Positions 22,046-30,903 of a stretch of 64,000 nt of DNA are shown here, in pieces. Numbering within the stretch: the stretch's first letter is position 1; every line of letters starts with the position of its first letter. The stretch is from the IMG/VR virus record IMGVR_UViG_3300010334_000030, positions 32,001-96,000 of that record. One strand, written 5' to 3'. Under the pieces are notes generated by a model. The model was not told where the DNA came from. It saw only the letters and a list, made by a program, of their open reading frames with translations, and ran no database searches. Origin of the DNA: a virus. The translations under genes were made by a program, and so were the position numbers.

Positions 22046-22762
22046 TTAGTTGAGAATTGGTTCAAGTTTTGCTTCAAGTTTTCCATTAATTTCTTTTAAT
22101 TGATTTTTTAAATACAAGTTTATCCAGGTTGCGTCCACAATGTCGTCAATAGGTTTATTTATAGCCTTAGCTGGTGTTATCCACTCAGATTTATTGACTT
22201 CTAATATACTAGTAAATTTCTCTAAATTTGTTTCAGTGTCTTTTAAATTGCAAAGAGTCTCATAAAGTTCATCTTTCTTTGCATTCCCCTTAAGGGCATA
22301 TTTTTTAATAGCGGTGGGAGAAAAAACATAAAAATTTTCAACGCCTACCCTATTAATTATCTTTTCTCTTAGAAGAGCAGTAGCCATCGAAATGTCGATT
22401 AAAGAATTTCCGTTTGATGAAAAGCTAAGTCCTTCCATTGCCACTGAAAATTCACAGTCTCCCATAACTTCTAATATGCTGCTCCAGAAGGATTCTACTA
22501 TATCTAAGAAATAAACTATCTTAATTCTTTCCCTTCCTGTGTAGTCTTCAGGAAGTTCTTTTTTATCAAGAAAATAAATATTAAAATCATCTTCAGAATC
22601 AAGAACAGAAAAAGGCTTCTTTGAATTTTTTAAATGTGACTCTGCAGATCTATCAGATCTTGTTAAAGATCCCCAAATGTATTTTCCATCCTTAAAACAG
22701 CAAAAAGCCGGAGAATTTATGGAGAAATCTATGCCTACTGTATTTTGATAAGTGCTTAACAT
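22046..22762 (-). CDS. RuvC-like Holliday junction resolvase
   Basis: VGIDFSINSP, AMEGLSF, SPTAIKK...GNAKK, DDIVDA acidic catalytic pattern. Confidence 0.75.
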   Translation of the reverse strand: MLSTYQNTVGIDFSINSPAFCCFKDGKYIWGSLTRSDRSAESHLKNSKKPFSVLDSEDDFNIYFLDKKELPEDYTGRERIKIVYFLDIVESFWSSILEVMGDCEFSVAMEGLSFSSNGNSLIDISMATALLREKIINRVGVENFYVFSPTAIKKYALKGNAKKDELYETLCNLKDTETNLEKFTSILEVNKSEWITPAKAINKPIDDIVDATWINLYLKNQLKEINGKLEAKLEPILN

Positions 22763-23113
22763 TTAAAGGGGTTTACTCAGTATAAATCTGATTGTAAAAG
22801 GATCGTCATGGCCAAATCTCCAAGATAACATTGGGTCACCTATAAGAGATTTCATTCTTTCTGTTATGGCATCTACAAGATAAGAAATTCTGGATGGCAT
22901 CTCCTCATGGGGTGGGCTATAGCTAACAATAAACATGAGATCAGTCTGAGCCTCAATATCATCTATATTAAGACCTTCCCCTATATGACTAAATGTCGAA
23001 GCTATTCTACTATAATTATTTCTTATAAAAAGCCCGAGCTTATTTTCGTCAGGTGATTGCTGTTTACCCATAGAAAAAAAATCAAATTCCCTGAGATGTT
23101 CCATTTTATTCAT
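22763..23113 (-). CDS. Hypothetical protein
   Basis: 116 aa; (M)EHLREFDFF CTS-like N-terminus. Confidence 0.55.
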   Translation of the reverse strand: MNKMEHLREFDFFSMGKQQSPDENKLGLFIRNNYSRIASTFSHIGEGLNIDDIEAQTDLMFIVSYSPPHEEMPSRISYLVDAITERMKSLIGDPMLSWRFGHDDPFTIRFILSKPL

Positions 23114-23343
23114 TACATTGAGGGATTTACTATTTGGCCATATTCGCCAACGTATCCGTAAGTTTTAGAAAGTTTTTCGAAACACTTTTTCATTTGCTCT
23201 TCCGTCATGCACTCCACTATATCATTCAAAACTCTTTGGTCATTACCTGCTGCAGCAACCAAAAGATTTTTCATCTGTACTTTTTGATCCCCAAAAGGCT
23301 GGGAGTACTTCATTTCGTTTATTTTTTCGCTAAAAGTTCTCAT
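23113..23343 (-). CDS. Hypothetical protein, probable internal head protein
   Basis: MRTFSEKINE closely resembles the T4 capsid-targeting sequence. Confidence 0.6.
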   Translation of the reverse strand: MRTFSEKINEMKYSQPFGDQKVQMKNLLVAAAGNDQRVLNDIVECMTEEQMKKCFEKLSKTYGYVGEYGQIVNPSM

Positions 23344-23364
23344 GTTTTTAGTTTTTATTTATTC

Positions 23365-23372
23365 TATATATC
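23365..23372 (-). promoter_or_regulatory. GATATATA putative late-promoter motif
   Basis: Intergenic, 21 nt upstream of ATG at 23343. Confidence 0.6.
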
Positions 23373-23921
23373 TTATTTGGATTCAAGAACTATGTCTATA
23401 TAGTTACATTTAAACCCAACACTAAAGGATTGAGGTGTGGCATTATTATTAGAATAATTTAGATCCATATTAGAAAAGCTTGAGAAGATAACCTCTAAAA
23501 AGGTCACTGAAACTACTACATTACCCTCATTGTCCATTATTCTAAGCGGAAGAGCTGGGATTCTGACCTGTGGATTTTCAAAGTTCAAAAAGTCCAACAC
23601 GGTATCTAGCATTATGAAATAATTGATAAAACCATCAGTGTTTTTAAAATTTATGGTGAAATCCTTTGAGAAAAGATCCTGTATAGGTGTTGAGCTTTTG
23701 TAGCTAATTCTCTTCCCAAATTGTCTTATCTGCTCAACTGAATCTATAGCCATCCCAGGGACACCTATTGACTGTATAGTGCTGTTTACGTATTGCTGAA
23801 CGCTATCAAATGGAATAGGTTGTTTTTTAATATATTTCTCATATTTGGAAACAACTCTTTCACTAAAGAATCCTTTAGGAAAATTGAAATAAAAACTATT
23901 TAATCTGGGATTTAGTATCAT
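23373..23921 (-). CDS. Tail-tube-fold protein (T4 gp3 tail completion / gp19-like)
   Basis: IQSIGVPGM...FTINF...DGFINYF...F..V....S.MDL.Y....FSVGF pattern. Confidence 0.6.
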   Translation of the reverse strand: MILNPRLNSFYFNFPKGFFSERVVSKYEKYIKKQPIPFDSVQQYVNSTIQSIGVPGMAIDSVEQIRQFGKRISYKSSTPIQDLFSKDFTINFKNTDGFINYFIMLDTVLDFLNFENPQVRIPALPLRIMDNEGNVVVSVTFLEVIFSSFSNMDLNYSNNNATPQSFSVGFKCNYIDIVLESK

Positions 23922-23924
23922 CTA

Positions 23925-26168
23925 TTAAACTTCTTCATTTGGTATAGCAGTTACACTTCCACCTTTGGTGTATGCTGTTACTGTGGGAGGAACGTATGCT
24001 GGTTTTATTGTTTGTATAATGGGTTTAGGGGGTTTAACCACTATCGGTTCAATCATTCCTGCCGAATTAACTCCAGTTCCAATTTTTTCGTAAATAACTA
24101 TAGGATCAGGAGCCTTCCCTGTTTGGGTCTGTGTTGCAGATTGTTTAATCGTTATTGTTGATCCCGCGCTATTTGAAACCTCCGTAAAATCGGTTGGATT
24201 TTCACTTAGGTACATTATATCTCCGGAGCTTCCTGTCTGTGAGGATCCAGTTGCTCCTTTATTAGAACTAGTTCCTGTCTGTTTAATAGTTATTAATTGT
24301 GGATTGGCTAAAGAGTTAGCTTCTTTAATAGCGTTAGTTGTTACCTCAGGATCTGAATCCCCGTGCTCTTTCCAGTAACCCCAATACATTACGCTGGCGC
24401 TCGAACTCTGCGCTACCGCGGACGATACGCTCGCTCCTGTCGCACCCGCAACTCCCATTAGATTTGTTCCTGCAGTTGCTCCTGTTGAATTTCCTCCTCC
24501 GCTGGTAATAAAAAATCTATCATCTGAAAATTGAATAATTTTAGCAGAATTAGATTCATCAACTTTAAAAGCCAGCTCCCCCATAGAAGGAACTGCTATA
24601 GTGGTATCTGAAAGTGATGGTATATAGCTCTTTTTCCCACTATCATCTATAAAAGAAATATAATAAGGGGAACTACTTAAATCCATTGCAACTGCATCTC
24701 CATCTGTTCCACCCTTAAGAAATTTAAATTTGTAATAATTATCAAAAGGTGAAATGGATATAGTCAATTTTCCATTCCCTAAAGCTAGATTCTGAGAAGA
24801 ACTTGAATCTTCGGTGAGAACACCATCCTGAAGAGCTAGATTACTCATAGAGGCAGTAACGTAGTATTGCTGGATGAAAACATTGGTAAATTTATAAACC
24901 TCTTTACTTTGCGGTGTATTAGATCCGCCAAGTTTTATCTGAGGTTGACTGAATATTCTATTGTAAATTTTTTGGATCTGAGGATATTTACTTAACTGTA
25001 TAGGTGTTATTGTCATCCCCCATTTTGCAGGATCGTCGGAGGTGTAGGTTGCAACTCTAACTGTTCTGGTTTGATCCTTGCTATTAACTAAAGACATTGT
25101 GTACCTTAGAACAAAAGCAGATGAATAGGCAGCATTTCTAACTATTGGTCTATAATAGCTAGGACTATCATAGGCTGTGGTTTGAACCGAATCAAATTTA
25201 GATGTCTCTATAAGAGCTGCTCCTATTTGTTCTAAAACTTCTATCTGATGATTTATATAGTAGCTGTTTCCTATTGAATTCTGGAAGAGTATAAAATCCT
25301 CTATAAAGCCATCGCTATCTGTAGCAAAGTACTCGAAGAATTGACCTTTATCAGACTCTTGTATAACAGCACCAATATTCCCAAATGGATCTTGCTCCTC
25401 GAGGGATAAAAGAGCAGCACGAGCACAGTTGTATCTAGCATATCCATCATAACTATCCGTGCTCTGTACCTGCCAAACAGATATTCTCATTGGAGCTCCA
25501 TAATAAAAACCATTACCGCTGCCACTTAATAAAGCTCCAAGTGATTGTGGTTGAAAAGCTGGAGCAGTTGACAGATAAGTGTCATTCATGCTCTTAAGAG
25601 ATGGTATTTTTATTTCAAAATACTTGTCATAAATATCAGCTCCAATTGTAACTGGATTCGGATTGAGCACATAATCTTGCTCAGTTCCCTTCTTTAAAAG
25701 GATCTGAGACATCGTAACATAGTCTGTATTAGCATCTTGATACTCAACACCTAGTATGATACCATCTATATTTTGAAGCACATATCCAGCTCTTAAATGG
25801 TATCTAATGCTATCATAAACAACACTAAGATTGTACTGGAAATTAACCGGCAGATTATCCGATTTAGTTAAATTTTCAGAGTAATCATTAAACGGAATAA
25901 TTAAATTCGAATCAAGGGTAACGAAAGAATTTTCAGATATCTTAACCACACTATTCTGTGGTGAATTCTGAGTTATAGAAAAGTTTGTTTTAGGGTTAAA
26001 TATCTGGATAGAATTTCCTCTAAATCCATTCACCAATTTATCATACCCAACTACATCTGTTCCGGTATTGGTGAAGTGAGCCTCTGGCGTGGGTGTAGAA
26101 GCATACATGTACTCCATAAGTAAATACGGAGTAAGTTGAACAAATTTAGAGGTTGTGCTATAAGACAT
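23925..26168 (-). CDS. Putative virion structural protein
   Basis: 747 aa in the structural block; low-complexity C-terminus with GATG motifs. Confidence 0.6.
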   Translation of the reverse strand: MSYSTTSKFVQLTPYLLMEYMYASTPTPEAHFTNTGTDVVGYDKLVNGFRGNSIQIFNPKTNFSITQNSPQNSVVKISENSFVTLDSNLIIPFNDYSENLTKSDNLPVNFQYNLSVVYDSIRYHLRAGYVLQNIDGIILGVEYQDANTDYVTMSQILLKKGTEQDYVLNPNPVTIGADIYDKYFEIKIPSLKSMNDTYLSTAPAFQPQSLGALLSGSGNGFYYGAPMRISVWQVQSTDSYDGYARYNCARAALLSLEEQDPFGNIGAVIQESDKGQFFEYFATDSDGFIEDFILFQNSIGNSYYINHQIEVLEQIGAALIETSKFDSVQTTAYDSPSYYRPIVRNAAYSSAFVLRYTMSLVNSKDQTRTVRVATYTSDDPAKWGMTITPIQLSKYPQIQKIYNRIFSQPQIKLGGSNTPQSKEVYKFTNVFIQQYYVTASMSNLALQDGVLTEDSSSSQNLALGNGKLTISISPFDNYYKFKFLKGGTDGDAVAMDLSSSPYYISFIDDSGKKSYIPSLSDTTIAVPSMGELAFKVDESNSAKIIQFSDDRFFITSGGGNSTGATAGTNLMGVAGATGASVSSAVAQSSSASVMYWGYWKEHGDSDPEVTTNAIKEANSLANPQLITIKQTGTSSNKGATGSSQTGSSGDIMYLSENPTDFTEVSNSAGSTITIKQSATQTQTGKAPDPIVIYEKIGTGVNSAGMIEPIVVKPPKPIIQTIKPAYVPPTVTAYTKGGSVTAIPNEEV

Positions 26169-26184
26169 TCAGTTTTAATTATTT

Positions 26185-27018
26185 TCAGAATTGAAGCCAC
26201 TTTGGCGTATAATGAAGACCAATACCGAGTATAAGTCCTGTTTTTATTCCTGTTGAAGAACCTGCTATTCCATATCCAATGGTAAATCCTACGCCCCATT
26301 CTTTTCTAGCTTTCTTCATAATATCTCTGGTATCTGGATTATCGGTTATATCAAAAGAGTTTATGCTACTGAAAGTCATATTAGGATATGTTGTACTAAC
26401 ACGAGTCATAAGTCTTTTTGATTTAGGATCCCTATAAATTCCAGTTACTAGATCAATATTCTGCGACATGGACACCTCGGTATTTCCTGGATTAAGTTTA
26501 GCAAAAACTTCTGCAGTGTCCTTTTGATTTCTTGTAAATTCTATAACATAAGGGGTTTTACCAGTAAGAGAGAATTTATTATTACCCGGCAATTTTGGTT
26601 CGTATTTAAAGGTCAAAGATGTCCCTCCGCTAGTATCCTCGACTACACTACTTGCAATATTTCTAAAAGTGTCAACATATTGGGTAACCGTTTGAATAAC
26701 AGTTTTTGGTGTTGTTCCCTTTCCATTAGATTTAAGTTCAAGCTGATGTATTAGATCCTTTTCTTTCTGTGTTAATTCAGAAACCTTTCTTTCAAATGCG
26801 GATTTTTCGTATACAACTTTATCTTTACTTTTTGAAATTAATCTAACGCTATCCATTTCGGCTAAATAGTTGTTATGCTCCCTTTTTGCTTCAGCTTCTG
26901 CCGATGATGTTGCTTTACACTGTCTTAGCAGCAGCATAATTAAAATCGCTATAGCAATTATTAAGAAGAGCCTGCTAGATAGAAATTTAATGGTTCCTTC
27001 TTCGTTTTTATAAGTCAT
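26185..27018 (-). CDS. Membrane-anchored protein with coiled coil and C-terminal amphipathic beta-hairpin (spanin-like candidate)
   Basis: N-terminal TM LFLIIAIAILIMLLL then RQC; C-terminus WGVGFTIGYGI...LILGIGLHYTPKWLQF. Confidence 0.55.
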   Translation of the reverse strand: MTYKNEEGTIKFLSSRLFLIIAIAILIMLLLRQCKATSSAEAEAKREHNNYLAEMDSVRLISKSKDKVVYEKSAFERKVSELTQKEKDLIHQLELKSNGKGTTPKTVIQTVTQYVDTFRNIASSVVEDTSGGTSLTFKYEPKLPGNNKFSLTGKTPYVIEFTRNQKDTAEVFAKLNPGNTEVSMSQNIDLVTGIYRDPKSKRLMTRVSTTYPNMTFSSINSFDITDNPDTRDIMKKARKEWGVGFTIGYGIAGSSTGIKTGLILGIGLHYTPKWLQF

Positions 27019-27271
27019 TTTGTATCAATTTTTTTTGGCTCCAACACAAACTCATCGGATCTATTTGGCCTTCACCATATTTTTTATTTAGTGCTTCCAT
27101 GAATCTTGACTCCTCTTCTCTGCAAGCTTCGAGATCTTGGATAAGCTCAGATGATCTTTCTTCTAGGTTTTTTATTTCACTTTCTACCTTCACTATTTCA
27201 TTGTGAAGATTTATATAATTACTAGAAAATCTGAGGATCTCTTTCTTTTCTTTTTTTGTTAGATTTATCAT
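27008..27271 (-). CDS. Small coiled-coil protein
   Basis: 87 aa, heptad-rich, KKYGEGQID. Confidence 0.6.
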   Translation of the reverse strand: MINLTKKEKKEILRFSSNYINLHNEIVKVESEIKNLEERSSELIQDLEACREEESRFMEALNKKYGEGQIDPMSLCWSQKKLIQNDL

Positions 27272-27317
27272 ATTTATCTCTTTTTTGTTTATTGTCTATT
27301 TTTTATTCTTATTCCCA

Positions 27318-29105
27318 TTATTCTACAAAAAGCTGATTGCCCAATATTGCAAAACCAGCAGATCCGGTAGATAATTTATAAAGAACTCTTTTTCCCTGGC
27401 TTAATCCTGGAATGTCCACATAAGTAATATCAACATAATGAGCACCATAAGAACCTGCTACACCTATACGAGAAGGAAAAGATAAACGATATATCCCAGC
27501 GGAAGATTGCCACATAAGTCCTCTAAATCTTCCGATCGAATATGTATTTCTTTGAGTATTATAGTAAGTGTAATAAGGGTTGTTAGCGTCAAATATAATA
27601 CGATAAGTTTTATTCGATTCGAATCCACCGTAAGAGAATATCTCAGACCCTGGTATTTTTATATAGGGGTTTGAAACCGCACCAAATACCAAACGCTGAC
27701 TAAGTACTATAATATCATTACCGAGCCAATAATTTGGATTGGAAAGGTCAAGTCCATAATATACATATTGGGCAGTTGCTTTGCTATAATAATCAATGGT
27801 TCCCAGATAGCTAAGGGGAGAAAATTGATAAACCCTTGAAACCTTTTTAACATGATAAAAATAAGGTCCGCCGGTTCCCCCGGTAGCACTGGGGTTTATA
27901 GCACCAAATTTCGTTTGGGAAACAAAAGGCTTGTTTATGATCTCTGCATTTGAATAGACCTCATATTTTCTGGGGCTAGAAGAAAAAATAGTATAAGCGG
28001 TAGCCCCACCTGTAAATTTCTGTGAGACATTTAGTGCATAATTATTTTTACTAGCATCAATTAAAACAGTTGGATATGTTCCTGAAGTAACTGTAGAGCT
28101 AGGTAAACTTGTTGTTGGGGTTTTAGAAATATTCATAATATAAGACCCAACCCCTGGGGTACCCCCCGTGCTGCTTATATCTACCCAAGAGGATTCTGCG
28201 GATGAAGCAGAAAGACTGAAATATGAGGAGCTGATTGAAATCAAATTGGAATTCACTACAAAATTTGAACCTGATCCAACTGTGGTGTTTGAATATAAAG
28301 AAAAATCTCCAGTCCCGCTAAAATAAATTCCCCCGGTAGGGCTTAACTGAGAAAATGACATAGAATTTCCAGAAAAGCTTAGGGATGGACTGGCTAAAAG
28401 ACTCGGACTCCCAGTAGGACCTAGAGCAAATAAATTAGCTGAAAAGAGAGAGTTTATTGAAAGGTCTGAATCTGTTTTAAAAGTTAAAGAGTAAGATCCT
28501 GGGGAGGTCCAATAAAAAGAAGGTCCACCTGACACCACTCTATTCGACTTAATAAAAGATAATATAGGTTTACTAGATTGATCTAAAGTTGAAATGACTA
28601 ATTTGCTTCTGTTTGGATTAGAGTCTAATAAAGAAACATCTTTGTCACTAAAAACCAAACTTGTCTCGCTCTCTATTAATTTACCAGAATTGCTTAAACC
28701 TATAGCATATTTATCAAAAAAACGACCAGGTCCAAGTACACCATCGTACGTTTTAAAATAAGGAGAAAATAAAACAGAGTATCCAGTAGGATTCCAGGCT
28801 CCGGTAGCACTTAAAGAATTAACCGCTCCATATAAAGTTGAGGTGTCTATCCATAGATCCCCAGGATTTATTAAATTGGAATCCGGTTGTAAATTTTGTC
28901 TAAACCAAAGAGATCCTCTTGGACCGGAAATTCCGGCCGCCCCTTTCTTACCGGAAGGCCCAATTTGTCCGGTTGATCCTTTGGGTCCAAAATGTCCGTC
29001 CACACCACAAGCAAAAGATATAATCTGACCAAAATTATAATTGGTCTTTCTGACAATCTCATCCTCTGAATCCCCCTGAAAAATATATTTTGTATTAAAG
29101 TGCAT
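27318..29105 (-). CDS. Collagen-containing baseplate/fibre protein, paralogue 3
   Basis: GDSEDEIVRKTNYNF N-terminal motif (T4 gp9/gp10-like), 10 Gly-X-Y triplets, RGSLWF, SKLVIST. Confidence 0.7.
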   Translation of the reverse strand: MHFNTKYIFQGDSEDEIVRKTNYNFGQIISFACGVDGHFGPKGSTGQIGPSGKKGAAGISGPRGSLWFRQNLQPDSNLINPGDLWIDTSTLYGAVNSLSATGAWNPTGYSVLFSPYFKTYDGVLGPGRFFDKYAIGLSNSGKLIESETSLVFSDKDVSLLDSNPNRSKLVISTLDQSSKPILSFIKSNRVVSGGPSFYWTSPGSYSLTFKTDSDLSINSLFSANLFALGPTGSPSLLASPSLSFSGNSMSFSQLSPTGGIYFSGTGDFSLYSNTTVGSGSNFVVNSNLISISSSYFSLSASSAESSWVDISSTGGTPGVGSYIMNISKTPTTSLPSSTVTSGTYPTVLIDASKNNYALNVSQKFTGGATAYTIFSSSPRKYEVYSNAEIINKPFVSQTKFGAINPSATGGTGGPYFYHVKKVSRVYQFSPLSYLGTIDYYSKATAQYVYYGLDLSNPNYWLGNDIIVLSQRLVFGAVSNPYIKIPGSEIFSYGGFESNKTYRIIFDANNPYYTYYNTQRNTYSIGRFRGLMWQSSAGIYRLSFPSRIGVAGSYGAHYVDITYVDIPGLSQGKRVLYKLSTGSAGFAILGNQLFVE

Positions 29106-29112
29106 ATCTATT

Positions 29113-30882
29113 TTAAATATAAGTTATTGTTCCATTCTTACACAAAACACCCGAAACGCTATATTCTGAACTTCCAGTAGCCGAAGAAAGACCACCGTAA
29201 GCTGAATAGTAGACTTTAAACCATCTATCAGTTTGCGATCTAGCAACTCCATTTGATAAATTAAGTATTGTGAATTCTATATTTGTTGCACCAGGAGCTC
29301 CTGTTGCAGAAAGCATATGAACTTGATAATTTCCATATGTATCAGCAGGACCAGTAGGTCCAGCTCCATCAGGCGCTCCGGTTAATCCAGTATTTGTATT
29401 TAACCCAACGAATCTAAAATATCTTCCTGGAGTTTTCATTCTAACGGTAAAAGTTATCGATTCCAGATCATTTAAAAGATTAAGCCATCCTCCATTTGAT
29501 ACAGAGTCCATAGAATTTGAAGAATATGCTGGTGTCCATAAAGATATCCCAAGATTGACATTAGGTCCATAGTTAGCAGGATCCACTATAAAATCAGTAC
29601 CAGAGCTACAGAAAAGACAGCTTTCAAAAGGTCCAGTTCCTCCACTAGCTACCGAAGGAACAACATTAAGCCAATATACAGTACTTTTTGGCAGACTCGG
29701 ACTCCCACCAGTTCCAGGTAACTCCACTGAGGATGTTCCCCCGTTATTAACCCATACTGGATTTTGGATTGCATTAAATTTTCTTAAAGCGTAAAGATCA
29801 CCATTTGAATATAATTTTAAAACGTCATTTCCGTAATAGGTGTCCCTTATATGGAGAAGAGTAGAATTTCTGCTTGGAGCCAGAGAATTATTAACTATTA
29901 AATTTGAAGTGTTTCCTGAACTACTTATTCTAAAAGCTTTAGAGTCTCTAGAGTTATCGTATAAATTATTATAAAGAAATGCTCCTGAATAGTTTAATAT
30001 ATTAGATGATGATGCGTATAGATTAGAAGATGATAATTTTAAAACTCCACCAGAAAGCGAAAGGCTAAAATAAGATCCAGAATTAAACACAATAGGTGAA
30101 TTTGAAGACGTGTTTATAGAGATTCCATTTGAATACGAATAAAAATTGGAAGAGGAATTTATGTTAAATGATTTTTTACTATTAACTAGAAATCCTTCAG
30201 GAGAATTTAAGATCAATCCATAATTTCCACTAGTAGCAGGGGTTCCAGTTTCCCATGTTTCCTTACCTGTTGTTGGTCCAACCACCCAATAAAAAGATGG
30301 TGATTTAGAAAATGCTAATGAGTCGGAATCTGATTTAGAGAATTCTAAAATTTTTCTTTGAGCTATCAGACTATTCGTAGAGATAACAACCTTACTGGAC
30401 TGCGGGTTAAAAGCATTTAGACTGTTTCCAGCAAGAGAAAAAGAGGAGTCCGATAATACAAGAGTATAGTTTAATGGATTTACTGAAGAATTGAAATACC
30501 CAGAATTAGAAAATCCGGATACTATCGGAGTATAGATTCTAAAAACATCTTGTGCTCTTAGATTTAGATCGTATAAATTCCAGGAAGAACTCTCATATTT
30601 ATAGACAGTATTATAATTTCCTGTATTTAACCACAGATCCCCCTGGATTGGACTGGTAGGATTGTTGGCTCCAACAAACCAGGTTTGACCTCTTACACCC
30701 GGATCTCCATAAGACCCAGTTGGTCCAATACCACCTTGATCCCCCTGAGTCCCCGCTTTTCCAGTTTTTCCATAAGGTCCTCCTCCAAAAGAAACGATAC
30801 TAGAAAAATTATAATTTACCTTATCTATTAGAGTTTTTTGAGAATCGCCTCTATCTATTTTTAATATCTTTAGATCTGACAT
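29113..30882 (-). CDS. Collagen-containing baseplate/fibre protein, paralogue 2
   Basis: GDSQKTLIDKVNYNF, 10 triplets, RGQTWF, SKVVIST. Confidence 0.7.
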   Translation of the reverse strand: MSDLKILKIDRGDSQKTLIDKVNYNFSSIVSFGGGPYGKTGKAGTQGDQGGIGPTGSYGDPGVRGQTWFVGANNPTSPIQGDLWLNTGNYNTVYKYESSSWNLYDLNLRAQDVFRIYTPIVSGFSNSGYFNSSVNPLNYTLVLSDSSFSLAGNSLNAFNPQSSKVVISTNSLIAQRKILEFSKSDSDSLAFSKSPSFYWVVGPTTGKETWETGTPATSGNYGLILNSPEGFLVNSKKSFNINSSSNFYSYSNGISINTSSNSPIVFNSGSYFSLSLSGGVLKLSSSNLYASSSNILNYSGAFLYNNLYDNSRDSKAFRISSSGNTSNLIVNNSLAPSRNSTLLHIRDTYYGNDVLKLYSNGDLYALRKFNAIQNPVWVNNGGTSSVELPGTGGSPSLPKSTVYWLNVVPSVASGGTGPFESCLFCSSGTDFIVDPANYGPNVNLGISLWTPAYSSNSMDSVSNGGWLNLLNDLESITFTVRMKTPGRYFRFVGLNTNTGLTGAPDGAGPTGPADTYGNYQVHMLSATGAPGATNIEFTILNLSNGVARSQTDRWFKVYYSAYGGLSSATGSSEYSVSGVLCKNGTITYI

Positions 30883-30903
30883 TTAGGTTTAATGGTTTAC
30901 TGT

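Noticed and set aside
21883-22086. 67-aa minus-strand ORF between the RuvC-like and gp32 genes
   Set aside because: Overlaps the RuvC-like gene by 41 nt, atypical composition and no motif; more plausibly the gp32 leader, though not excluded
24380-24460. Locally CG-rich patch in the 747-aa gene
   Set aside because: Short, in frame and encodes an Ala/Ser/Gly linker; no repeat or RNA structure I can support
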